Part shown: piece after piece, positions 20,601 through 30,924 of the stretch
How the letters are laid out: each line of letters starts with the position of its first letter
Position numbering within the stretch: the stretch's first letter is position 1
IMG/VR virus record: IMGVR_UViG_3300029922_000015
Coordinates: 32,001-96,000 of that record
Length of the DNA stretch: 64,000 nucleotides
Source of the DNA: a virus
Reading direction: 5' to 3' (one strand)
Made by a program: the position numbers and the translations under genes
The notes under the pieces: model-generated
Told to the model about the DNA's origin: nothing
The model's database searches: none
The model's input: only the letters and a program-made list of their open reading frames with translations

Positions 20601-21156
20601 AAGTTGCTCCGCCGAACGCGCTTATGCAATCGGAGAAATGTACGATAAATGCCTCGCGAGTTTTAGGCTCTATTGGGGAGCCATATTCGGGATTACGATG
20701 ATGACTCAAAATACAATGAGAAATTCTCTCTTGGTCATCGTTAGAAATTTTCTTATCGCAATGATAAGTAATGTATTTCTCGAATTCTAAATATGAACGG
20801 CAAATGTGTCTAACTCGATTTTTGTGAGATGTGTGCTGCCACCCCAAGGGCTTTTCCTTGGTCTTTTCGCACTCTTCGTAGTCCCAAATCTTACCGTAAT
20901 CATGCCAAATAGCGCCAGTGATAAGGATATTTCGATCTACCTTGGAATTTTCAGAAGCCGCGAAATCGCAATAACGAACAACTTCTAAGGTATGGGAAAG
21001 CAGACCTCCAATAAAGCAATGATGATGACCTACGCTCGCAGGCCAATAGCTGAAACGCTTATCCTCTAAAACTAATCTATTCAACGATCCAAAACGAGGA
21101 TCAATCGAATTATTAATCTTTTCTAAAAGAAGCAACGGTTCGGTCTTATCATCCAT
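20590..21156 (-). CDS. HD-domain hydrolase (YhaM-like)
   Basis: PAS..HH..GGL..H, HDYGK, HCILSHH and EA.IVH..D motifs. Confidence 0.8.
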   Translation of the reverse strand: MDDKTEPLLLLEKINNSIDPRFGSLNRLVLEDKRFSYWPASVGHHHCFIGGLLSHTLEVVRYCDFAASENSKVDRNILITGAIWHDYGKIWDYEECEKTKEKPLGWQHTSHKNRVRHICRSYLEFEKYITYHCDKKISNDDQERISHCILSHHRNPEYGSPIEPKTREAFIVHFSDCISAFGGATCGR

Positions 21157-21198
21157 CTAATAATGATAAGATTTTTTGATCGCAAAGTCAATTTTATA

Positions 21199-21648
21199 TT
21201 AATTCGACGCGAATAATTTTTTACTCTTAATAGGCGAAATTAAAACAACATCGACAATTCGGGGAAATAATACAGCTAGAGCCTCGGCTTTCCTTTTGGA
21301 AGAAACCCATACGTCAATAACAAGAACATTAAAACCACGAAGTCTAGCCGCTTTTCGATGAATAACGTCTCGCCCTCCGCAGTCTTTAGCCAAGACTTTC
21401 ATCTTGTTACTTATATTTAACACCGATCCTTTGGGAATATAATTAAAATCAACGGCAGCGATACCCTCATGCAACCTATCTCCGTCGCAATCATACTTAC
21501 CGCCCACTTCCGAAGGAAAAAAGAAAGTTATTACCGCTTTAAAAGATTCGGAGGATTTAGGTATTTTTGTCGAACTGCCTATACTCATCCCAAAACACAA
21601 AAACCAAAAACACATTAAAATAAATATTTTTTTCATACATACTCCCAT
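21199..21648 (-). CDS. Secreted 3D-domain (lytic transglycosylase-like) protein
   Basis: Signal peptide; AAVD..IPKGS, AKDCGG and IDVW motifs. Confidence 0.7.
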   Translation of the reverse strand: MGVCMKKIFILMCFWFLCFGMSIGSSTKIPKSSESFKAVITFFFPSEVGGKYDCDGDRLHEGIAAVDFNYIPKGSVLNISNKMKVLAKDCGGRDVIHRKAARLRGFNVLVIDVWVSSKRKAEALAVLFPRIVDVVLISPIKSKKLFASN

Positions 21649-22343
21649 TTATATCCGAAAGCCGTATACAAATATCTCCGACCATTTTTATCGATGGTTT
21701 TATTACATACTTTAGATATACTACTCGTAGAGTTTGGTTTATTTAATACTATAGCGGCCAAATTTATAGAAGGCCAAATTTTAATAATCTCATTCGTATT
21801 AATATCTATTTGTTTGACCGATTTCCAAGTCTTAGAATGATTTCTATTTTTCTGCCCTTCTTTTATTTTTTGTAAAGATTCTGGAGAAAGAATTAATTTT
21901 CTATTTAAATTTATTTGTCTTAATTTTTCCTTAGTCTCTTCGGAGTGCTTTTTTCCGATCTTCCCCATTTTCGCTAAACTTAGCTTTTTTCTATGATCTG
22001 GAGTTTTAGGAATTCCGGCGGAACTTGTTCCGAAGGGTAACAAATTATATCCCACTTTATTATTTAAGGCGTTAAATTTTTCAATATAATATTTTTCTTT
22101 TTCTAAAAGTATTTTATCATCGATATAAATTTCAAAAGATTCTAAAATCTCTACATCGAAATTAATCCATTTATATTTTCTAATGGCGTTATTAATTGGA
22201 TAAGTGGCATAATAATGAGGAGATGTTTCGCTGACCTTATGCTGCCATAATCGGCGTCTTAAATTAATAGATTTCCCAATATAAATCTTATTGTTGAGTT
22301 TATTTCTTAATAAATAAATCCCCGCCCCCTGTGTCATTTTCAT
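21633..22343 (-). CDS. GIY-YIG homing endonuclease with NUMOD motifs
   Basis: GIY...YIGKS; HSEETKEKL. Confidence 0.9.
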   Translation of the reverse strand: MKMTQGAGIYLLRNKLNNKIYIGKSINLRRRLWQHKVSETSPHYYATYPINNAIRKYKWINFDVEILESFEIYIDDKILLEKEKYYIEKFNALNNKVGYNLLPFGTSSAGIPKTPDHRKKLSLAKMGKIGKKHSEETKEKLRQINLNRKLILSPESLQKIKEGQKNRNHSKTWKSVKQIDINTNEIIKIWPSINLAAIVLNKPNSTSSISKVCNKTIDKNGRRYLYTAFGYKWEYV

Positions 22344-22406
22344 ATTCTACTTAACTTTGTTTAAAAAGTCAAGCTTTAACCTTTCTAAAATCGTGCAAAT
22401 TGCAAT

Positions 22407-23261
22407 TTAACGCTGTAAACTGAGCAACCATTCGACAAATTCAAAAGCGGAGACTATCCCGCCAACAACCGCTAAAATTCCCACTAAAATATTACCAAAT
22501 GTCGTTAGCCAACTCGTAACCTTCTTAGGTATCACCCACATGCCCTGCTTGATTAACTTTATTCTTTCCTCGTCTTCTTTGCGACGTTTTTCAGAATCTT
22601 CTAAAGAAGCCACTCTCTCTATCGTTTTGGATGTTTTACTGTTTAATGCAATAAATTGATTTTTAATTTCTTCTGTCACTTCGGCTACATGGCCGGCTTT
22701 TTCTTTAGCCGCTTGAGCCGCCGCCGCCGCCTTATCTAATTTCTCAAATAATTTAAAATTAGTTCTCTCTTGATTTGCGTTCTGCTCGTGTAAAACAAGC
22801 AAAATTTCACTCTGAGGAATATCCGCGCGTTTTAGCGCCAAGGAATGAACCGCGCTGCGCGCCCCGGTGTTATCGTCGGTTGTTTTTATTTTTAATTCGT
22901 ACCAAGCCTTCGTTAATTCTAAAATAAATTTCTCCGAATGTATCAGGATATCTTTGTCAAAAGAGCCATCTGCTCCTGCATCTTCCGCTTCTTTACGGAG
23001 TTGGGGCGATAAATAAGAACTCAAAACCCAAACAGAAACCGGACTTCCCCTTTTGAGTGATCTAACGCTATTTCCCAATTGGCTTTCGTGAGAGTCTGGA
23101 AGCTTTACATCTAATAAAATAATGTCGGGGGATTGGCTCTCTTTTAAATCCATTCCCGCTGCCAAAGTTTGAGCGAAAGATACACTATATGGATAGTCTT
23201 TTAAGATGGTCTTAATTAAGTTTTGTGTTTCTTGCTCGTCTTCTATAATTAAAAGCTTCAT
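22407..23261 (-). CDS. Receiver domain fused to coiled coil and C-terminal TM helix
   Basis: LLIIEDE, PDIILLDVKLPD, LSS and GADGSFDK motifs; TM helix at the C-terminus. Confidence 0.8.
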   Translation of the reverse strand: MKLLIIEDEQETQNLIKTILKDYPYSVSFAQTLAAGMDLKESQSPDIILLDVKLPDSHESQLGNSVRSLKRGSPVSVWVLSSYLSPQLRKEAEDAGADGSFDKDILIHSEKFILELTKAWYELKIKTTDDNTGARSAVHSLALKRADIPQSEILLVLHEQNANQERTNFKLFEKLDKAAAAAQAAKEKAGHVAEVTEEIKNQFIALNSKTSKTIERVASLEDSEKRRKEDEERIKLIKQGMWVIPKKVTSWLTTFGNILVGILAVVGGIVSAFEFVEWLLSLQR

Positions 23262-23308
23262 TGTGCTAATATTTACACGAAAATTGTCATTACCGTGTAA
23301 ATTAGTAT

Positions 23309-23446
23309 ATGAGCAAGGAGTGGCGAGAGGCTGATCTTTTATATTTGAAGGGTAACTATCGCAAAATGCGGATAGGTAAAATCGCTAAAGATTTAAAACG
23401 CACGATTCCTGCTATTATAAAGAAATGTAAAGCTCTAGACCTTTAG
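23309..23446 (+). CDS. 45-aa Myb-like HTH protein (not in ORF track)
   Basis: MSKEWREADLLYLKGNY...KIAKDLKRTIPAIIKKCKALDL; preceded by GTGTAA-N8-ATG. Confidence 0.65.
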   Translation: MSKEWREADLLYLKGNYRKMRIGKIAKDLKRTIPAIIKKCKALDL

Positions 23447-23604
23447 TTCTTCTATTAAAGATACTCTGAGTTCTAACAACAATTTATCTATCTCTTTTTC
23501 GGTTAAGGGCCGTCTTTCGGAAGCAATAACTTTCCAAGTGTCTAGCTTTAAGGGGTTCATCTCATTTACTTTTCCGAAAGATAGATTATAATAGAAGTAT
23601 TTCA

Positions 23605-25251
23605 TTAGCCCTCGCAAGCGATACAAGCTAAAAGATTTCTTCCTAATTCTTGAGCCGGATTAGTTCCGCGTTGATAATAAAAGGACTTAATTCCATTTTC
23701 CCATCCAAAAATAAGAAGCTGATTTACATCCTTAACTGAAGTTTTAGGATGAATCATCAAATTAAGAGATTGAGATTGGTCTATGTATTTTTGTCTAGCT
23801 ACGGCTTGAATTACAATTTCTTTTTGGCTGATTTCCCCGAATGTCTTAAACACTTCCTTTTCCGTATCTGATAGAAACGATAAATGCTGTACTGAGCCGC
23901 CCTTAACAAGAATTCCATTCCAAATTTCGGGGGTGTTTTTTTCATATTTTTTAAGGACTTGTTTTAGATGCCAATTCTTGAATGTGAATTTCCCTTTCGC
24001 TAAGTCCTTAACGAAATAATTGCTATTTAAAGGCTCAATTGAAGGGGATACTTGACCGAGAATGAACGAGCTAGAAGTTGTCGGCGCGACAGCCATTCGA
24101 GTAACATTTCTCAGTCCGTACCCCTTCAAGAGTTCGGGTTCTCCAAATTGTTCGGCCATTTCCTTAGACGCTTTTAACGTTCTATCATTTATAGCTTTCC
24201 AAATTTCAACATTTAGAAACTTCGCGGGCATCGATTCAAAGGGAATCATTTTGCGCTGCAATAAAGAATGCCAGCCTAGAACACCCAATCCTAATGCTCT
24301 TTGAGTCTTGGCGAAATTGTGAGCCGGAGCCATGTACTGAATTTTTTCAGTCTTATCGATATACTCAGTCATCACCGCGTCTAGGAAATAAGTTAACGTT
24401 TCAATAGCGTCCGTTTCCTTGATTTCGTCCCAATGTAACAAATTTAATGAAGATAGGTTGCAAACAAAACTATCCGTCGGCGAAGAATGCAAGGCTATCT
24501 CCGAGCACAGATTGGAAGCGTAAATCTTTAACCCCTTGTCTTTGTAAACTTCAGGAGCGCGTTTATTTACATTATCAGTAAAGAATAAATAAGGATAGCC
24601 AGATTCGAAACGCTTTTGAATGACCTTAGCCCAAATATCGCGCTTCTTTTTATCGCCTTCTATCATTTCCTTCATCCATTTATCAGAAATACAAATACCA
24701 ATACTCATGGCTTGGATTGGATTTCCCTCCCCTCGGATTTGGAGAAATTCTAAGATATCAGGATGTTCAATCGGAAGATAAGCCGCGAAGGAGCCTCTGC
24801 GAACGGATGATTGAGATACAACGTTTGTTACCGTATCAAACAACTGCATAAAGTGGACAGGGCCACTGGATTCTCCACCAACACTAATTTTCGCGCCTCG
24901 TTCTCTCAAAGCTCCGAAATAAGCAGAAGTACCCGCTCCATGCTTTGTCATCATACCAACTTCGGCTTGTTTTTCGAGAATAGAATCTAGGGTATCATCT
25001 ATGTAACTTCCATTGCAAGAACAAGGTAATCCTCGCTTGTTTCCAAAGTTTACCCAAACTGGAGTAGATAGGCTAAAATAGCCTTTTTTCATATACCCTT
25101 CGAACTTGTGAGCAAAGCCTTTAATACCAAGAATTTTCTCAGCCGTTCTAGCTATATGATGAATTCTTTGTTCCGGTTCTTCTCCTTCCGCTAGGTAGTC
25201 TCGATTTAAGAAAGTGCGCGAATCCCGATTAAGCCAATAGTAGTCTTCCAT
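23605..25251 (-). CDS. nrdA: Ribonucleotide reductase class Ia alpha subunit
   Basis: SNLCSE, VCNL, APTTSSS and DQSQSLN motifs; C-terminal CIACEG. Confidence 0.95.
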   Translation of the reverse strand: MEDYYWLNRDSRTFLNRDYLAEGEEPEQRIHHIARTAEKILGIKGFAHKFEGYMKKGYFSLSTPVWVNFGNKRGLPCSCNGSYIDDTLDSILEKQAEVGMMTKHGAGTSAYFGALRERGAKISVGGESSGPVHFMQLFDTVTNVVSQSSVRRGSFAAYLPIEHPDILEFLQIRGEGNPIQAMSIGICISDKWMKEMIEGDKKKRDIWAKVIQKRFESGYPYLFFTDNVNKRAPEVYKDKGLKIYASNLCSEIALHSSPTDSFVCNLSSLNLLHWDEIKETDAIETLTYFLDAVMTEYIDKTEKIQYMAPAHNFAKTQRALGLGVLGWHSLLQRKMIPFESMPAKFLNVEIWKAINDRTLKASKEMAEQFGEPELLKGYGLRNVTRMAVAPTTSSSFILGQVSPSIEPLNSNYFVKDLAKGKFTFKNWHLKQVLKKYEKNTPEIWNGILVKGGSVQHLSFLSDTEKEVFKTFGEISQKEIVIQAVARQKYIDQSQSLNLMIHPKTSVKDVNQLLIFGWENGIKSFYYQRGTNPAQELGRNLLACIACEG

Positions 25252-25253
25252 AA

Positions 25254-26096
25254 TTAGTAAACAATGTCTCTTACAACGTCATCGATGGCAATGTTATCAC
25301 AGCCTCCGCCCGCGTAAAAATTAGTTGCGAGGTTATTAAAATTTGTGGGAGCCAACGCTAAGTGATTAGAATGATGATTGGGCAACCAGTTTGTTATCAA
25401 CGAAATCTGTTTTATTCCCAAGGCTCCCATTGCCCATGAAAATCCAGAATCGGTTCCTATATAAATTTGGCAATTCGAAGCTAAACGAATTTGTTCTATT
25501 AAGGACAAATCATTATAGATTCTGTGAGCACAAGGGATATGTTCGTCATTCGGATGTCCGAATTGAAGAATGTAAAATCCTTTTCTAATCAATTTATTAG
25601 ATAATTCGTTCCACCATCTAGTTGAAGGGGAGCGATGTTTGTCCTTACTATACCCCGCTGTGGTATGAATGGCAACGGTCTGATATTTAGCCTTAATCTC
25701 CCAAAGAGGTTTTAAAGTAGGAGTTTGTAATGTCTTAGGCAAAGATTGAAAAGCTTCAAAATATTGCTCGCCCGCCATTAGTATAGTTTCCTCAACACAA
25801 TTGCGATAATTGTACCAGTCGGGTTCGCGCGGATGGTTTGGGGTTGGGTTAATAAATAAGTCAAATTTATTCTTGATCCAAATATGTTCTGCGTCGTTTA
25901 GCCATTCTTCATCTCTGGTAATATAGATAGAATCGATTCCGGGCTGATCGATATATAACGGGGAAGCCTGAATGCATTTTCTGCAAATCGGCCACGTTAA
26001 ATCAATATCTCCATACATTGATTGCAATGTTGGAATTAACGGGAGACACATTAGAGAGTCTCCGATGAGCCCGCCACGCCCGCCAAAAATCTTCAT
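25254..26096 (-). CDS. GT9-like glycosyltransferase
   Basis: GLIGD; YIGTDSG. Confidence 0.75.
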   Translation of the reverse strand: MKIFGGRGGLIGDSLMCLPLIPTLQSMYGDIDLTWPICRKCIQASPLYIDQPGIDSIYITRDEEWLNDAEHIWIKNKFDLFINPTPNHPREPDWYNYRNCVEETILMAGEQYFEAFQSLPKTLQTPTLKPLWEIKAKYQTVAIHTTAGYSKDKHRSPSTRWWNELSNKLIRKGFYILQFGHPNDEHIPCAHRIYNDLSLIEQIRLASNCQIYIGTDSGFSWAMGALGIKQISLITNWLPNHHSNHLALAPTNFNNLATNFYAGGGCDNIAIDDVVRDIVY

Positions 26097-26743
26097 AGTT
26101 TTTCTTTCGGAATTAGAATACGACCAGTGTGTGTTTTAGGAACTGGATTATAGTCGCCCATAATTTCATTACCATTATTGTCTAGCATAATATAATCGTG
26201 CTTTTTTAAATCATTGAAATCAAATCCGCCCTCATCGGGATATAACCAATGAGGATTATCTTTGTAGTTTTGGGGCTCGATTCCTCGCGGGGCGACGTGA
26301 ACCTCTACGAAAATAATTGGGCGAGAGGAAGTAAATAGGAAATCAAAGGTATTCAATAACATACTCTCCATACCCTCAATATCAATCTTAACGAAATCCG
26401 GTAAAAGGAGATTATTTTCGTCAATGAAATCTCTTAGAATAACGTATTTAATTGGTTGCTCTCCATCTTGAGGCACTGGTTTTCTAGAGTCTGTGCAATC
26501 TCTAAAACGAGTAATACATTCATATGATTTTGTATGTAATGCTACCTTATAGCAATAAACAGAAAGGTTCTTTTTTGTATTCTCCGCCAATTCATCGAAA
26601 TTATTATTAGAAGGCTCGAAAGCATAAACAGGTTTAGCTCCCAACTTAGCAAAGTAATTTGCATGTTCTCCTATAAATGCTCCGATATCATAAACAATGG
26701 AATCGGGCTTTACATATTTATCGTATATTTGAAAATCGTTCAT
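26093..26743 (-). CDS. FkbM-family methyltransferase
   Basis: DIGAFIG, YAFEP and KIDIEGME motifs. Confidence 0.88.
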   Translation of the reverse strand: MNDFQIYDKYVKPDSIVYDIGAFIGEHANYFAKLGAKPVYAFEPSNNNFDELAENTKKNLSVYCYKVALHTKSYECITRFRDCTDSRKPVPQDGEQPIKYVILRDFIDENNLLLPDFVKIDIEGMESMLLNTFDFLFTSSRPIIFVEVHVAPRGIEPQNYKDNPHWLYPDEGGFDFNDLKKHDYIMLDNNGNEIMGDYNPVPKTHTGRILIPKEKL

Positions 26744-27921
26744 ATATTATTTAATATTTTGCAAAGACTATCGATGTCTTTATATTGTAACTTTTTAGAC
26801 AAACCTACATAGAATCCATGCTCGTGAACCCACAAAGCATTTTTGAAACTTTCTTTATGATATCGTTTTAAAGGAGGTTGTAAAGTAATGCAACTTCCGA
26901 TAATGGGGCGCGTTTCCCATCCCGCCGAATTCAAAATCTCCTTGCAACGAGGCATCTTTCTGTCTAATCTAAGAATAGGAAGGGAAAATAGAATATGTTG
27001 GGCTGCTTGTCCGGTTATAATAGAATAAGGTAACGTATATAAGCTTTTATTAAGTTCATTATAAAAACGCCAACCCATTAATTTACTATGATTTTTACTA
27101 CTATCTATTCTTTCGAAATCTTGTAAAGCGAACATAGCATTTAAGTCTGTAGTCCGCCAATTCGTCCCTAGCGTAGCAAAAAGGAATTGTTTATCGAAAG
27201 TAAAATTATCGTGTTCTAAAGCTCGACGCCACTCATTCTTCTCTCCTAAAGATCGAATAAGACCATGATTTCTTAAAGTTTTTCCAAACTCGTAATCTTC
27301 TGAGTTTTCAAAGAAAACAAACCCCATTTCAATTCCGTTCAATTGATGAGCGTGATAGGCGCTTAAGGATGTCAGTCTGGTTTGCGATAAAATAGAACAT
27401 CCATCATAATTGGAATATAAATTCTCGCAAGAATCCAACCACAATTCCGCCTTATACTTCGAAGCCAAAGACTTTAAGATATTAAAATCTGGACAAAAAC
27501 CAATTAAGGCGGTCGGCCAAATAATACAATTCTTGTTTTTATTCGCTTTTAAAATTTCTTCGAGCATGTTATAATCGAACGAGAAATCTTCGAGATTAAT
27601 ATCGCAAAACTCTACTTTATATCCAGACATAATAGCTGGAGAAACGCTACTCATCCAAGTAACGGCGGGCGCGATAACTAGAGCTTTCTTAAATTTATTA
27701 GGATACTTTTGTTTCCAAAGCTCAAAAATCAAATGATTGGCCGCGCTTCCGCTAGAAACCGCCAAACAAAGACGACCATATTTGTGCATCATCTTTCCTT
27801 CTAACTCGGCTACTTTGTCGCCCATAGTTAAACGATTTTCTTTGCTTAAAATAAAAGCAGAAATTCTTAGCCTATCCGCATAAGTAAACGGATCGGTTTG
27901 TAATGGATACTTAAACTTCAT
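26740..27921 (-). CDS. DegT/DnrJ-family PLP enzyme, ColD/RfbH-type (His in place of the catalytic Lys)
   Basis: SSGSAAN, DSCE, SAYHAHQLNGIEMG and ETRPI motifs. Confidence 0.8.
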   Translation of the reverse strand: MKFKYPLQTDPFTYADRLRISAFILSKENRLTMGDKVAELEGKMMHKYGRLCLAVSSGSAANHLIFELWKQKYPNKFKKALVIAPAVTWMSSVSPAIMSGYKVEFCDINLEDFSFDYNMLEEILKANKNKNCIIWPTALIGFCPDFNILKSLASKYKAELWLDSCENLYSNYDGCSILSQTRLTSLSAYHAHQLNGIEMGFVFFENSEDYEFGKTLRNHGLIRSLGEKNEWRRALEHDNFTFDKQFLFATLGTNWRTTDLNAMFALQDFERIDSSKNHSKLMGWRFYNELNKSLYTLPYSIITGQAAQHILFSLPILRLDRKMPRCKEILNSAGWETRPIIGSCITLQPPLKRYHKESFKNALWVHEHGFYVGLSKKLQYKDIDSLCKILNNI

Positions 27922-28306
27922 TATATTTGCCTGTTTTGAATTCAGTCACGTCAGAATCAAAAAATTTTTGTTGAAGTTTTTTCTTACATTCATATCTCAA
28001 CAAATTAAGTTGAGCCACTTCATAAGCCGAAACATGATTCCCTTTGGTTTCATCTTCCGCTATATCAACGGATTTGAATACTTCAAAATTAGCATCACGC
28101 AAAGCGCGATATTCGGGAGAAGTCTTTATTTTCCAATATAAATCTCCTAATTGTTCTTGTAGCTCCATAAACATTTGTATTTCGGCGGTAGAAACCTGCT
28201 TCCATTTTTCCAAATCTCGGACGCAATCTAATTTGGACATTTTAACTTCAAGAATCGAAAGCATATCAAAACATGCAGCCGCATCTATACTTATTTTCAG
28301 TTTCAT
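27911..28306 (-). CDS. Hypothetical helical protein
   Basis: D.LSILEVK...N..R..K pattern seen in glycan clusters. Confidence 0.55.
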   Translation of the reverse strand: MKLKISIDAAACFDMLSILEVKMSKLDCVRDLEKWKQVSTAEIQMFMELQEQLGDLYWKIKTSPEYRALRDANFEVFKSVDIAEDETKGNHVSAYEVAQLNLLRYECKKKLQQKFFDSDVTEFKTGKYNEV

Positions 28307-29274
28307 TAAAATAATTCCTCTCCATTAAAAGACTTGCCCTTCTTCGCGTATTCGGTCGGGCGCTTATGGAAAAAGTCCGTTGCGCTATTTCCTAAAACAT
28401 CTTCATCAAACCATACCAATGCTGGATAATCGATATCTTCTATAAACAAAGCGTCAAACCCGATTTGAACCAAGGATTCGTTGATTCTTTTTTTAACAAA
28501 AGCTTTGAGAATTTCCGCGTCCAATCCTTGAGCCTTGAAATCGCCAACAATCCAATCAATCATTCTAGATTCCGCTTTGAACGCCTCGTTAGCTTCATGC
28601 GAAACGATTTCACTTAATTCCTTGTCAAACAATTCTGGATGTTCTTTGCGAATCGTATTGATTAGTTTAATGCCGACTTGAGCGTGGATAAGTTCTTCTT
28701 TCTTTGTATAATCAACTTGTTGACCAGTATCTTTAAGTACGTTCTTGTAACGGTTAAACCAAAGGATAATATAGAACTGACTGAATAAGGACACATTTTC
28801 GATAAATAAGGTAAATAGAATTAATGAATAGACGTACTGCTTCTTGGAATCTTTATAGTATTTGTGAAGGTATTTGCGGAGATAATTAACGCGCCCTTGA
28901 ACGACTTCCAGTTTCAGGTTTTCCTCGAAAATATCCTCCAAGCCAAGTATGGACAAAAGGCGCTCATAGGCTTCGTTGTGGATAACTTCTACGTTTGCCA
29001 TCACATAACCCAAGTCGGTTAGCGCGGGATGCGGCAAATTATCGCCGAGCTTCGCCCAAAACTTCTTGACCGCAACTTCAATCTGGCCGATTGCAGAGAG
29101 AGTTTTGACGACGATATCTCGTTCTTCTTCGGTGAGTTTAGTCTTAAATTCTTGAATGTCTGACTGAAAGGAAAATTCATTGCTTGTCCAAAATCCATTA
29201 TGCATACTTTCGATGAACTCCCTAGTCCAAGGATAGTGATTAGGCTTGCGAGATATTTGTTCTTCGAAAATCAT
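28306..29274 (-). CDS. nrdB: Ribonucleotide reductase class Ia beta subunit
   Basis: FW, EVIHNEAY, ENVSLFSQF, EELIH and DFFHKRPTEY motifs. Confidence 0.95.
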   Translation of the reverse strand: MIFEEQISRKPNHYPWTREFIESMHNGFWTSNEFSFQSDIQEFKTKLTEEERDIVVKTLSAIGQIEVAVKKFWAKLGDNLPHPALTDLGYVMANVEVIHNEAYERLLSILGLEDIFEENLKLEVVQGRVNYLRKYLHKYYKDSKKQYVYSLILFTLFIENVSLFSQFYIILWFNRYKNVLKDTGQQVDYTKKEELIHAQVGIKLINTIRKEHPELFDKELSEIVSHEANEAFKAESRMIDWIVGDFKAQGLDAEILKAFVKKRINESLVQIGFDALFIEDIDYPALVWFDEDVLGNSATDFFHKRPTEYAKKGKSFNGEELF

Positions 29275-29634
29275 TTACTTCTTATCTGCGCGTTCTTGAG
29301 CTTGTTCGTTGGAATACGCTCCTTTATGAAATCGCTTTGAAAGTTTTGCGACGTTTTCTGCTAAGATTTCGTCTCGATTTATACCAAGAATCTGTCTAAG
29401 ACCTTCCATAAAAAATTCTAAATCCCCTAGTTCTTCTCTTATGTTAATAATATCTAGTGGCTTTTGATATACGGTGTGTTTTTTGATTGCATCTAAAATT
29501 TCTCCAGCTTCTCCCGAAATTCCTTTTGCCATGTGATCTAAGTCTGCTTGTTCTGGAGTTAATTCTTTAAGAATTTCAGTTCCGGGCTTGCGCAATTTGC
29601 GCACCATATCTGCGTGATCGACGAATGTATTCAT
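29275..29634 (-). CDS. MazG-like nucleotide pyrophosphohydrolase
   Basis: GEAGE..D, EELGD and N..KL..R motifs. Confidence 0.85.
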   Translation of the reverse strand: MNTFVDHADMVRKLRKPGTEILKELTPEQADLDHMAKGISGEAGEILDAIKKHTVYQKPLDIINIREELGDLEFFMEGLRQILGINRDEILAENVAKLSKRFHKGAYSNEQAQERADKK

Positions 29635-29702
29635 AGGGGTAGGTATATTTACAGTTGAAAAATTTCTGACAAAACAAAAAGACTAACAAACAAACTTTAA
29701 TA

Positions 29703-30053
29703 CTAAGGCGCGATCTTAGGGGTGTAGCGTCGGCCCTTGCGAGTGGCGGAATAATTTTCTTCGGATTTTTTACGCAAAGGATCAATGCCGCCCGCTTCGC
29801 TCGCTCGCTTCTCGCTTAATTCGCGTGAACGATCCCAAATATCTCCGACATTTCCTTTGGCGTTTTTTGTCTTTTCTACGAAATGATTTTGGCTCCAACA
29901 ATTAATCTTTCCATCGACGCGGGCTTGTGGGACAGAGAAAATTCTAGTCCATTCAAGCCCGTCTCCATCTATATAAACATGTTCTTCGGTCATTCGAAGA
30001 ATTACTTCTTTAACTTCTCCTGTAATAGGGTTCTGAAAATCGTATGCTGGCAT
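29703..30053 (-). CDS. FmdB-like small protein
   Basis: MPAYDF start. Confidence 0.5.
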   Translation of the reverse strand: MPAYDFQNPITGEVKEVILRMTEEHVYIDGDGLEWTRIFSVPQARVDGKINCWSQNHFVEKTKNAKGNVGDIWDRSRELSEKRASEAGGIDPLRKKSEENYSATRKGRRYTPKIAP

Positions 30054-30523
30054 TAGATTTCTCCCTCGCAAGGAACTAAAATATTTAATACGTTGCAATA
30101 AGGACAGCGTTCTCCCGTGCCATCCATATATTCCTTTCGAGCCGTCCAATTTAAATGACAATAACCACAATTTAATAAAACTGTAAACTCTCGATTCCAA
30201 ATCATTTTTCTAGCCCTCCAACCGTAAGACCAAACTCTTTCTGGCTTACTTGGTTGAATCTCCAATGGATTATATCGAACGGGCTCAGTCTGAACCTCAC
30301 AACATCCGCTAATTGGTAACAAATTTTCCATGCTATTCTTTCTCCATTTCCATCCAATTAGCAAAACGAGACATCCACTCCTCGGCAAATTGTGGCTTTA
30401 CCCAAGATGGATAATCGTTCATATTTTTTACAAACCCACGGATACCCTTTTCTACTTCTTCTTGAAATCGTTCTATTGTTATCTTATCTGGATAACACAT
30501 TTCTGTCATTTCAACTCTTGCCA

Positions 30524-30838
30524 TTATAAATACTCCACTAATAAATTCTTTTCTTGCATTTGTTCCTCCACCCATTCTTCAACCGTTTGTTTGTTCTCAA
30601 TCTCGCTCATTCGAATCCCGCACCAACTTTTGAAGCGAGGATCACTACATAGGGCCGTAAACGCCGCAGAACGGTTCCTGTGCTGTTCTCTATGATCCTG
30701 ACAGTATTTACTGACTTTGGACGGCTCGTGCGTTATACGGCACGCAGAAGAGGTTTTCTGCTTTTTCTGTCCGCCGTTGCCGTGACCACGTAAATACTCA
30801 ATCTTAAAATCTTTTGCTGTCAGACGAAATCCTGCCAT
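30524..30838 (-). CDS. GGQ peptidyl-tRNA hydrolase (release-factor domain, ArfB/PrfH-like)
   Basis: RGHGNGGQKKQKTSSACRITH...REQHRNR. Confidence 0.85.
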   Translation of the reverse strand: MAGFRLTAKDFKIEYLRGHGNGGQKKQKTSSACRITHEPSKVSKYCQDHREQHRNRSAAFTALCSDPRFKSWCGIRMSEIENKQTVEEWVEEQMQEKNLLVEYL

Positions 30839-30924
30839 AAAAGATTATGGTAAAATTACTTGCTTCTTTCAACTAAAAGTTTTTTCAAACGTATAATTTT
30901 TTCCTTGCATTGGGGTTTTCTCAA

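Noticed and set aside
23605-29274. Introns or inteins in nrdA/nrdB (also checked dnaE, dnaB, recA)
   Set aside because: The ORFs are continuous and of compact length, with no intein terminal motifs
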